Source: Candidatus Gottesmanbacteria bacterium
GTDB lineage: Bacteria; Patescibacteriota; Microgenomatia; UBA10105; UBA927
Assembly: GCA_016199185.1 (NCBI GenBank)
Contig: JACQHE010000057.1
Coordinates: 1 to 33,385, forward strand
Reading direction: 5' to 3'
DNA: 33,385 nucleotides
Each line of letters opens with the position of its first letter. Position 1 is the first letter of the stretch. A model generated the notes under the pieces. It made no database searches and was not told the origin of the DNA. It saw only the letters and a list, made by a program, of their open reading frames with translations. Positions 24,573-32,836 of this stretch are shown here, piece by piece. The position numbers and the translations under genes are program-made.

Positions 24573-25530
24573 TTGGATTGACTGGGTGATATTTTTTGTT
24601 GTCCTGTACCAAGTCATTGACGGCTGGGATAAGGGCTTGGTGTCGCTTCTTTCTAACACCATCGCGTTTCTGGCATCGCTTTGGATTGCCATCCGGTTCC
24701 ACGCTCAGGTCGGCGAATTTTTGGTTGCAACGTTCGGTCTGCCGAGCGTCTGGACCAATGTATTGGGATACCTGGTGCTTGCGTTTCCAAGCGAGATGGT
24801 CATCAATTCGATTCTGGAGTGGCCGCTTCTGAAAGTTTCGCAGAAAGTCATGGGGTCAGTCGTGAATCGGTGGTTTGGATCAATTTTTGCAGTGATCAAC
24901 GCACTTATTTTCGTTGCATTTCTCCTCCTCGTCATCATCGCTCTTCCCGTTCGCGGTACCGTCAAGCGGGATATCAAAAACTCTGCCGTTGGCAGCAGGC
25001 TGGTTCTCCTGTCTGAACGCTATGGAGGGAGTGTCAAATCATCGCTTGACTCCGTGACAAGGGAAGCGCTCAAGTTCGTCACCATCAAACCTAAATCGCA
25101 GGAACGGTTAAATCTTGAAGTTAGTCCAGAGCCCGGTCAGTTGACCATCGATCCCGGCAGTGAAGCGCAAATGATTGAACGAGTCAACCGAGAGCGTGCG
25201 AAGGAGGGGCTACCCACACTTCGTGTAGAGGAGACGTTGACGGCGGTTGCCCGGGGCCACAGCCGCGACATGTTTGAGCGCAGGTACTTTGCGCACTACA
25301 GCCCGGAGGGGCGCGACGTGGGGTACCGCGCCAGACAAGAAGGATTGGAGTACGCTCTCATCGGAGAAAACCTGGCCTACGCGCCGGATGTGGAGCTTGC
25401 TCACAGCGGGTTTATGAATAGTGAAGGCCACCGCAGGAATATCCTCGATCCTGCGTGGACTCGCATCGGCATCGGTGTCATAGATGGAGATATCTATGGA
25501 AAAATGTTCACTCAAGTTTTTGCAAATTGA
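24562..25530 (+). CDS. CvpA-family membrane domain fused to a CAP/SCP (YkwD-like) extracytoplasmic domain
   Basis: The N-terminal four hydrophobic helices resemble CvpA (IDWVIFFVVLYQVIDGWDKG). The C-terminus carries GHSRDM, GENLA and MNSEGHRRNIL CAP-domain motifs. Confidence 0.75.
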   Translation: MQFNWIDWVIFFVVLYQVIDGWDKGLVSLLSNTIAFLASLWIAIRFHAQVGEFLVATFGLPSVWTNVLGYLVLAFPSEMVINSILEWPLLKVSQKVMGSVVNRWFGSIFAVINALIFVAFLLLVIIALPVRGTVKRDIKNSAVGSRLVLLSERYGGSVKSSLDSVTREALKFVTIKPKSQERLNLEVSPEPGQLTIDPGSEAQMIERVNRERAKEGLPTLRVEETLTAVARGHSRDMFERRYFAHYSPEGRDVGYRARQEGLEYALIGENLAYAPDVELAHSGFMNSEGHRRNILDPAWTRIGIGVIDGDIYGKMFTQVFAN

Positions 25531-25542
25531 CAGATGTTATCT

Positions 25543-25638
25543 GTCATCCCGAGCGCAGCGAGGGATCTAGCGATCGAAGGGAGCGCTTCGCTAGATTCCT
25601 CGACTCCCCCGACGTACGTCGGGGTCGCTCGGAATGAC
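25543..25638. repeat. GC-rich composite palindromic element (three-way junction)
   Basis: Outer stem gtcatcccgagcg/cgctcggaatgac (12 of 13 bp). Arm 1 is cgagggatctagcg/cgctagattcctcg (14 bp including one G-U). Arm 2 is the 18-nt perfect palindrome ccccgacgtacgtcgggg (25607-25624). Confidence 0.8.
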
Positions 25639-25644
25639 GTAGTA

Positions 25645-26646
25645 ATGACTATCAGAGAAATAACGGATCGGGAAGAATGGGAGCGGTTTTGGGAGAGCCA
25701 CGCACCGGGGGCGCTGTTTCAGTCGTGGCTGTGGGGAGAAGTTGTCAAAAAACAACTTCTCCCACTCACGAGATTTGGCCTCTACGACGGATCCAAACTC
25801 ATCGGTATTTTTCAGGTGGTGACCGTGCGGGCACGGCGCGGCATCTACCTCCATGTGCGCCAAGGGCCGATAGTTTCGCCGTCTATTCAACGATGGAGTC
25901 GTGTTACGGATTTTCTCCGAGACCAGGCCAAGCGCGAAGGTGCTTCATTTATTCGGGTCAGTCCGCCGGTTGCGGACCTCGTCCAGCACAGAAAATTTCT
26001 TCAGACGCTCGGTTTATTGCCGGCGGCGACGCACGAAGTCGATGCCGAGCGCTGTTGGGTGCTGGATATTACACCCGGCGAAGAGGCGATCCTTGCCGGT
26101 ATGCGTAAAACTACGCGATATGAGATACGGCATGCACAGCATCTGGGGGTACGTATTGTCACCACAACCGCTCCCATCGATTTGGATAAGTTTTTTGTGT
26201 TGTACGGGGAGACGGCAAAGCGCCACCACTTTGTAGAACATCGCGGGATACGGGAAGAGTTTGATGTATTCGTAAAGGAGGGGAAAGCCGTACTCCTCCT
26301 TGGATATTACCAACAGACACTTTTAAGCGCCGCGATCATCCTTTTCCTCGCTGATCAGGCAATATACCATCACAGCGCATCAGTTCCTACTGACTATTCC
26401 GTTAACTACGCGATCCAGTGGGAGGCGATTCGTGAAGCGAAGCGCCGGGGGATGAAAGTCTATAACTTTTGGGGCATCGCGCCACTTGATGCGGCGAATC
26501 ATCCGTGGCACGGCATCACGGTATTTAAAACCGGCTTCGGGGGACGGGAGGTCCAAACGATTCATGCACACGATCTGCCCGTATCGCCACGATACTGGCC
26601 CACGCGCGCCATAGAGTGGTGGGAAAGGACAAGAAAAGGGTATTAG
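25645..26646 (+). CDS. FemAB-family peptidoglycan interpeptide-bridge aminoacyltransferase
   Basis: MTIREITDREEWERFWESHAPGALFQSWLWGEV is a typical FemX/FemAB N-terminus. The 25534 start in the ORF track reads through the repeat and is rejected. Confidence 0.82.
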   Translation: MTIREITDREEWERFWESHAPGALFQSWLWGEVVKKQLLPLTRFGLYDGSKLIGIFQVVTVRARRGIYLHVRQGPIVSPSIQRWSRVTDFLRDQAKREGASFIRVSPPVADLVQHRKFLQTLGLLPAATHEVDAERCWVLDITPGEEAILAGMRKTTRYEIRHAQHLGVRIVTTTAPIDLDKFFVLYGETAKRHHFVEHRGIREEFDVFVKEGKAVLLLGYYQQTLLSAAIILFLADQAIYHHSASVPTDYSVNYAIQWEAIREAKRRGMKVYNFWGIAPLDAANHPWHGITVFKTGFGGREVQTIHAHDLPVSPRYWPTRAIEWWERTRKGY

Positions 26647-26668
26647 TGCTATACTTGTCCTTGCCTTT

Positions 26669-27031
26669 ATGCGGGAAGCCCTTCGTAAGCACCATGTTTC
26701 CGTCAAAACCGCCATCGACGGTATCCGATGGGCCGTTCGTACGCAGCCCAATTTTCGCGTCCACCTCGTACTGTCTGCCTTGGCGGTGATTGGAGGATGG
26801 TTATTTCGGGTAACTTCTATTGAGATGCTCATCCTCGTTTTTACGATTGTCCTGGGGCTCACCGCGGAGATGGTCAATACGGCCATAGAAGCCATGACGG
26901 ACTTGATTACCCGCGAGTATCGCGCGGAAGCCAAAATCGCCAAAGACGTGTCTGCCGGCATGATGCTCATCACCGCCGTGGGTGCGCTTGTTGTGGCTGC
27001 AGTAATTTTTTTACCACATATCCTGGGGTAA
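26669..27031 (+). CDS. dgkA: Diacylglycerol/undecaprenol kinase (DgkA family)
   Basis: 120 aa with three TM segments and the TAEMVNTAIEAMTD motif. Confidence 0.85.
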   Translation: MREALRKHHVSVKTAIDGIRWAVRTQPNFRVHLVLSALAVIGGWLFRVTSIEMLILVFTIVLGLTAEMVNTAIEAMTDLITREYRAEAKIAKDVSAGMMLITAVGALVVAAVIFLPHILG

Positions 27032-27079
27032 CTCCCCCTACCCCCTCTTAATCTAAGAGGGGGGTTTCGGGGGGAGTTA
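27029..27079 (+). promoter_or_regulatory. Very stable two-tier GC hairpin between dgkA and mraY, including the probable mraY Shine-Dalgarno
   Basis: Outer stem 27029-27038/27070-27079 (10 bp). Inner stem 27041-27050/27054-27063 (10 bp, 3-nt loop). GGAG at 27073-27076 lies in the 3' arm, 10 nt before the ATG at 27087. No U-tract follows. Confidence 0.6.
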
Positions 27080-27086
27080 TACATTT

Positions 27087-28136
27087 ATGAGTTTACTTTT
27101 GGGCGTTCTTCTTTTTTCTTGGCTTACCCATAGCATTCTTTATATTCCGTTCATTCGGCTCCTCTATATCTGGCGGTTTCAGCGCCTGGCGCAAAAAACT
27201 CTGGACGTGTTTGAAAAGCGCACCCCCATCTTTGATAAACTTCATAAGGGCAAAGTAGGCACGCCCGTAGGCGGCGGGCTTCTGATCATTCTTCTGACTA
27301 CTATCCTTTTCCCCATACTTATGCTGCTTCTCCAGTATTTCTGGGTGCCGATTACGGCCGTCTACGCCATGGGCAGCGAGATAAAAATACTCCTGTTCAC
27401 CTTCGTATCGTTTGGCCTACTGGGGCTTGTCGATGACATGAAAAAGACCTTTGTGTGGCTTAAAGGCAGCGACTTTTTCGGATTGCGGCTGCGGCACAAA
27501 TTGATTTTGGAAATTGTTTTGGCAAGCGTCATCGGTTATTGGCTGGTCAATGAGCTCAAAATCGACATCTTTTACGTGCCGCTCGTGGGCGTGTTTCACC
27601 TGGGCTGGTGGTTCGTGCCGTTTGCCGTATTTGTGATCATCGCATTTGCCAACGCATTTAACATCACCGACGGACTGGACGGGCTAGCCTCGGGGGTGCT
27701 CATGATTGCGTTGGGAGCCTTCTGGATCATATCCGCCTCAATTTTGGATACGCCGCTATCGGTGTTTATCGCGCTCTGGTTGGGCGGGGTAATCGCCTTC
27801 CTGTACTTTAACGTGTATCCGGCGCGCATATTCTTAGGCGACGTGGGCGCGCTCTCGTTTGGCGCGACCATCGCCGTCGTTGGTTTGATCCTCGGCAAAG
27901 CGCCGGCGCTCCTGGTCATTGGCGGCGTATTTGTCCTGGAGGTGCTTTCTTCGCTGGTTCAGCTCCTCTCGAAAAAGTTTTTCCACAGGAAAGTATTTCC
28001 GGTTGCCCCATTTCACCTGTGGCTCCAGTATCACGGCTGGCCGGAGCCAAAAATAGTGATGCGCTTCTGGATCATTTCCATCGTGCTTGCCATATTCGGA
28101 CTCTGGATTGCTCTCCTGATGCAGCAATCTTTGTAG
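27087..28136 (+). CDS. mraY: Phospho-N-acetylmuramoyl-pentapeptide transferase
   Basis: NAFNITDGLDGLASG motif in a polytopic membrane protein of 349 aa. Confidence 0.93.
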   Translation: MSLLLGVLLFSWLTHSILYIPFIRLLYIWRFQRLAQKTLDVFEKRTPIFDKLHKGKVGTPVGGGLLIILLTTILFPILMLLLQYFWVPITAVYAMGSEIKILLFTFVSFGLLGLVDDMKKTFVWLKGSDFFGLRLRHKLILEIVLASVIGYWLVNELKIDIFYVPLVGVFHLGWWFVPFAVFVIIAFANAFNITDGLDGLASGVLMIALGAFWIISASILDTPLSVFIALWLGGVIAFLYFNVYPARIFLGDVGALSFGATIAVVGLILGKAPALLVIGGVFVLEVLSSLVQLLSKKFFHRKVFPVAPFHLWLQYHGWPEPKIVMRFWIISIVLAIFGLWIALLMQQSL

Positions 28137-28150
28137 AATGTTTCTTGCCT

Positions 28151-29488
28151 ATGCCTTCAACATCTTCCACGTTCACGTTCGGTCGATATAGGATAGATGC
28201 GTCGAACGAGTCGATCGTATTTCTTTACTCGTTGGTTCACGGAGACGAAGCGTTTTCGTTTGAGGAGCGAATGATCGTTCCCGGGTTATCCACGGGTGCT
28301 GACTCGGGATTACTCAAGAGTGTTTTAGATGCGCTTCACTTGATGCTCGGCATAAGTTACTGGAAGACATTTTGTCCTGGGATAATAGACACAGGAGAGA
28401 TTGCGCTAACCAAGGATCAGGCGGCGTTTTGGAATACTTTGTATACAAAGGGCTTGGGCGAGTTTTTTTATACAAACAAGATTGATTTTCGCCGTCTCGT
28501 ACAATTTCCCGTTTCAAAAACTACTACCCCAAATCCTTTGAAACTGCCCACACAGGATAAATCGCTCGTTGGGCTGGGGGGTGGCAAAGACTCAATTGTT
28601 TCTTCCGAGTTATTGAAGAAGAATCATAAGGACTTTTCGCTTGTCAGCCTTGACGCGCGAGACATTCACCGTCGTGTGGCTGAAATTATCGGCAAGCCGC
28701 TTATTGAAGTTACGCGGGAGATTGATCCGAACCTTTATGCAGTAAACAGGAGAGGGGATGTGTACAACGGCCATGTACCGGTTTCGGCAATCTATGCGTT
28801 TGTAGATCTGTTTCTTGCTGTCATCGGAGGATATCGATACATCGTTGCATCCAATGAGGAAAGCGCAAACTACCCGAACACGCAGTACCTGGGCGAGGAG
28901 ATAAATCACCAATGGAGCAAGACGCTTGAGTTTGAAACATTATTTCAGCGTTATGTGAGTGACTATATTACTCCCGATATCACGTATTTCTCCCTACTTC
29001 GTCCGATGAAAGAGATAAAAATTGTCGAACTATTTTCCAAATTAGAACAATACTTTTCCTCGTTTTCCAGTTGTAATGCCAATTTTTTCAGACACGTCGA
29101 AACGCCAAGATCGCTGTGGTGCGGAACATGTCCGAAATGCGTGTTTGTATTTCTTCTATTATCCGCGTTTATTCCCAAAGACCGTCTGCTTACTATTTTT
29201 GGTATGAATCTTTATGCACGCGAATCGCTTCTCCCTACGTTTCGGGAACTCTTGGGTCTTACAGGCGTCAAGCCGTTTGATTGCGTAGGTACTCCCGAGG
29301 AAGGTCGATTTGCTCTGCATAAAGCGTCACAATCCGGACAATATGATTCAGACACCTGTATGCAGATACTTCATTGGGAGATCGGTGACCAATGGAATAG
29401 ACTTCCCGCATTGAGAGAGAAGTTGTTTTCGCTTCCTCAAAATCATCGGATACCGACATCATTTCAGAAGTCACTTGCTAATCTATGA
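28151..29488 (+). CDS. PP-loop/QueC-like adenine-nucleotide alpha-hydrolase superfamily protein; candidate MurL-type UDP-MurNAc-L-Ala-L-Glu epimerase
   Basis: PP-loop-like LVGLGGGKDSIVS and Cys cluster SSCNANF...WCGTCPKC. It sits between mraY and murD and is ATGA-coupled to murD. The MurL assignment rests on context, not on recognised sequence identity. Confidence 0.5.
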   Translation: MPSTSSTFTFGRYRIDASNESIVFLYSLVHGDEAFSFEERMIVPGLSTGADSGLLKSVLDALHLMLGISYWKTFCPGIIDTGEIALTKDQAAFWNTLYTKGLGEFFYTNKIDFRRLVQFPVSKTTTPNPLKLPTQDKSLVGLGGGKDSIVSSELLKKNHKDFSLVSLDARDIHRRVAEIIGKPLIEVTREIDPNLYAVNRRGDVYNGHVPVSAIYAFVDLFLAVIGGYRYIVASNEESANYPNTQYLGEEINHQWSKTLEFETLFQRYVSDYITPDITYFSLLRPMKEIKIVELFSKLEQYFSSFSSCNANFFRHVETPRSLWCGTCPKCVFVFLLLSAFIPKDRLLTIFGMNLYARESLLPTFRELLGLTGVKPFDCVGTPEEGRFALHKASQSGQYDSDTCMQILHWEIGDQWNRLPALREKLFSLPQNHRIPTSFQKSLANL

Positions 29489-30720
29489 AACTTAAAAGTC
29501 TGGCAGAAAAAAAGATATGCATCTTGGGCTACGGGAAAGAGGGGAAAGCAACCCGCGCATTTTTGCAAACTATGGTCCCGAGCGCTATCGTGAGCATTTC
29601 TGATCAAAAAAACGGGCCTGATTATCTTACCGGTTTGGAAGCGTACGATGTGGTGATCAAGACGCCGGGCATCCCAAAACACCTCGTACCGGTGCCCTTT
29701 ACGACAGCGACCGATATTTTTTTTGCCAATACACGGGGGTATACGATCGGTGTCACCGGTTCAAAAGGCAAAAGCACGACGGCCTCACTATTGTATGCGA
29801 TACTCAAAAAAGGCGGAAAAAACGTGCATCTGGTCGGCAACATCGGCAACCCCATGCTCACCGCACTTTGTGAGGAGAAAAGTTCTGAAACGGTATACGT
29901 TATCGAGCTTTCCAGTTACCAGCTTGATACCATAGCGTACTCACCCCGGATTGCTCTCATCACGAATTTGTTTCCAGAACACATGGATTACCACGGTGAC
30001 GTACAAGCATATTGGCGTGCAAAAGAGCGTATAGTAACCCGATCGACAAGCGACGATTATCTCGTTTACAATCCCGATTATCCGAGACTCGTCCGTTTAG
30101 CAAAAATAACCAAAGCCAAATCCGTACCGTTCGTCGCCCGGTTGCCGTTTGATTACACGCAACCCCATCTTCTCGGCCGTCATAACAAAGACAACGTTCG
30201 GGCAGCCGTGACAGCGGCAGGATTACTGGACGTTCCTCCGGAAACAATGGAAAAGGCGGTTGTCGGTTTTGGACCCCTCCCGCATCGGCTGGAATACATC
30301 GGGACATTTCGGAACCTCTCTTTTTATGATGACGCGATTTCTACGACTCCGGAGTCCACGATTTGCGCCATAGAATCATTTCCATCCGTCGGTGCCATCC
30401 TCCTTGGGGGTCAGGATCGGGGCTACGATTTTTCCCGATTAGGCACCATGATCGCCGCGCGCCGTATCCCTACGGTGGTACTTTTTCCGGATAGTGGTGA
30501 GGCCATCTATAAAGCTATAATAAAAGCCTCATACACACCGTTACATGTACTACGGACGAAAGAAATGGGTATGGCGGTTTCCTTCGTCTTTGAACATGCT
30601 CGAGCGCATTCTGTGTGTTTACTTTCCACCGCATCCCCCAGCTACAGCGTATGGGAAAACTTTGAGAAAAAAGGAGAACTATTTGCCCAGTTTGTGCGAA
30701 AGTACTCATCCGGATTATGA
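29485..30720 (+). CDS. murD: UDP-MurNAc-L-Ala--glutamate ligase (MurD; N-terminus resembles the MurD2 subtype)
   Basis: ICILGYGKEGKATRAFL, DVVIKTPGI, P-loop GVTGSKGKSTTASLL, 411 aa. Confidence 0.85.
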   Translation: MKLKSLAEKKICILGYGKEGKATRAFLQTMVPSAIVSISDQKNGPDYLTGLEAYDVVIKTPGIPKHLVPVPFTTATDIFFANTRGYTIGVTGSKGKSTTASLLYAILKKGGKNVHLVGNIGNPMLTALCEEKSSETVYVIELSSYQLDTIAYSPRIALITNLFPEHMDYHGDVQAYWRAKERIVTRSTSDDYLVYNPDYPRLVRLAKITKAKSVPFVARLPFDYTQPHLLGRHNKDNVRAAVTAAGLLDVPPETMEKAVVGFGPLPHRLEYIGTFRNLSFYDDAISTTPESTICAIESFPSVGAILLGGQDRGYDFSRLGTMIAARRIPTVVLFPDSGEAIYKAIIKASYTPLHVLRTKEMGMAVSFVFEHARAHSVCLLSTASPSYSVWENFEKKGELFAQFVRKYSSGL

Positions 30721-31805
30721 AAATAAAACGTATTTTTTCATCACCCGATCGGTGGTTGATCGGGATTGTCGTTTTTCTTGCATTGTTTGGCGTACTCATG
30801 GTGTATGACTCGTCGGTTGCTATAGCCATCCGGGACTTCGGGGATCAATACTACTTTGCCCGCGAGCAGCTCAAATGGTTGGTATTGGGATTCGGGGCGA
30901 TGTTGATCATGTCGCGTATCGACTATCATCGGTGGTACGCGCTTGCGCTGCCCGCGCTTGTTGGCACTATGGGGCTTCTCATGGCCGTATTCATCCCGGG
31001 ATTTGGCGTTGCCGCCCTCGGCGCGCACCGGTGGCTCAACTTCGGTTTCTTCATCCTGCAGCCTGCTGAGTTAGCCAAACTCGTGCTCATCCTCTATCTT
31101 GCTGCGTGGTTTACGAGCCGCGAGAAAAGTAGGTTTGGTGCGTTTCTCCTTTTGACCGCCATCGTGTTTGGCCTCGTGATCCTTGAGCCTGATCTGGGAA
31201 CAGGGATTATCCTGGTCACCATTGCCACCATCATGTACTTTCTTTCCGGTGCTTCGCCCAAGCATTTTGCCCTGCTTGTTCCGGTGGTGATTGTTGGGGT
31301 GACGCTGCTTGCAATCTCCTCGCCGTATCGGTTTGCCCGTCTCACGACCTTCCTCAACCCCGAACGTGATCCGTTAGGCGCGTCATATCAGATTCGACAG
31401 GTGTTGTTAGCGCTCGGATCGGGTGGATGGACAGGGATAGGGATCGGCAAATCACGGCAGAAATATGAGTACCTGCCGGAGGCAAACACCGATTCCATTT
31501 TTGCCATCATCGGTGAGGAAGTGGGATTTCTGGGTACAATCCTCGTCGTGGGAGCCTTCGCATTTCTGGTTTGGCGGGTATTCCGGGTGGCAGCTCGAGC
31601 GCCCGATCCGTTCGGGAGACTTTTGGCCGCGGGTATCGCATCATGGATCGGGATGCAAAGCGTCTTCAATATCGGTGCGATGGCGGCACTTATTCCGCTG
31701 ACCGGCATACCGCTGCCGCTTATCTCTTACGGCGGGTCGAGCTTAGTCATCGTACTTGCCGCAACCGGGATTGTGTTTAATATCAGTAGACAGCGAAAAA
31801 TATGA
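30717..31805 (+). CDS. ftsW: SEDS-family peptidoglycan glycosyltransferase FtsW
   Basis: QPAELAKLVLILYLA and YEYLPEANTDSIFAIIGEEVGFLG motifs, about 10 TM segments. Confidence 0.9.
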   Translation: MKIKRIFSSPDRWLIGIVVFLALFGVLMVYDSSVAIAIRDFGDQYYFAREQLKWLVLGFGAMLIMSRIDYHRWYALALPALVGTMGLLMAVFIPGFGVAALGAHRWLNFGFFILQPAELAKLVLILYLAAWFTSREKSRFGAFLLLTAIVFGLVILEPDLGTGIILVTIATIMYFLSGASPKHFALLVPVVIVGVTLLAISSPYRFARLTTFLNPERDPLGASYQIRQVLLALGSGGWTGIGIGKSRQKYEYLPEANTDSIFAIIGEEVGFLGTILVVGAFAFLVWRVFRVAARAPDPFGRLLAAGIASWIGMQSVFNIGAMAALIPLTGIPLPLISYGGSSLVIVLAATGIVFNISRQRKI

Positions 31806-32836
31806 ACCAACCAACCATTTGCATTACCGGCGGACATTTGACACCGGCCATCGCCGTTATTGAGGAAATCAAACGGCGCAAACTCCCGTGGGACATCGTC
31901 TTCGTCGGCCGGAGTGAAGCGTTTGAAGGAGGCGGCAGTCCGGCGCACGAGGAGCGGCTTGTCCGAGCGTCGGGCGTCCCGTTTCATGTCATTGTGACCG
32001 GAAGGCAGGGGCTATCGGTCTGGAAGGTACCGATAGGGCTTATTCAATCATTGCGCCTATTAATCAAGGAGTGTCCGTCTGTCGTGCTTTCCTTCGGTGG
32101 GTATGTAGGACTGCCGGTTTGTGTGGCGGCATGGATGCTGGGGATTCCGGTCATTATCCACGAGCAGACTGGTGAGTTGGGGTTTGCCAACAGAATTATT
32201 GCCGCGTTTGCCAGGCGCGTATTGTTGTCCAGTGAGATTGGCATCCCGCTTCGTGAGGCACTGTTTCATCCATTCCAAAAGCCATCCTTCCCGATCGGCG
32301 TGACGCGGCCCATACTATATATAACCGGCGGCAGTACCGGCGCGCGCACGCTCAACGCACTCGTCTTCCCCATCATTTCCCAGCTTTGTGAGCGCTGCAC
32401 CGTGATTCATCAAGTGGGTGCGGCTGATCTGCCCAGCGCGCACAAACATACCGAGAAAGGATACGTCGCGGCAGAGTATTTCGACGCCTCGGATCTTGCG
32501 TGGATTTATGGCCATACCTCGATCCTTATCGGTCGGTCTGGGGCAAACACCGTCGCTGAAGCCTGCGCGCTCGGCGTGCCGGCTATCTTCATACCGCTCC
32601 CGTGGGCAGCAGGTGACGAACAAACGAAAAACGCGTTGTCACTTGCCCATGAGGGCATGGCGATTGTTCTCAATCAAAAAACGCTTACGGCCGAAACACT
32701 TCTTGGGCACATTGGTACCATGATGCAGTCTCTGGCTGCGTACAAATCGCATGCAACGCGGGTAGCAAAGATGTATCCACGAGAGGGCGCAGTCAAGGTG
32801 GTACAAGAGATAGAGGATATCCTCTCACGAGCATGA
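31802..32836 (+). CDS. murG: Lipid II synthase MurG (UDP-GlcNAc:lipid I GlcNAc transferase)
   Basis: ITGGHLTPAIAV and ITGGSTGARTLN motifs. ATGA overlap with ftsW. Confidence 0.9.
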   Translation: MNQPTICITGGHLTPAIAVIEEIKRRKLPWDIVFVGRSEAFEGGGSPAHEERLVRASGVPFHVIVTGRQGLSVWKVPIGLIQSLRLLIKECPSVVLSFGGYVGLPVCVAAWMLGIPVIIHEQTGELGFANRIIAAFARRVLLSSEIGIPLREALFHPFQKPSFPIGVTRPILYITGGSTGARTLNALVFPIISQLCERCTVIHQVGAADLPSAHKHTEKGYVAAEYFDASDLAWIYGHTSILIGRSGANTVAEACALGVPAIFIPLPWAAGDEQTKNALSLAHEGMAIVLNQKTLTAETLLGHIGTMMQSLAAYKSHATRVAKMYPREGAVKVVQEIEDILSRA

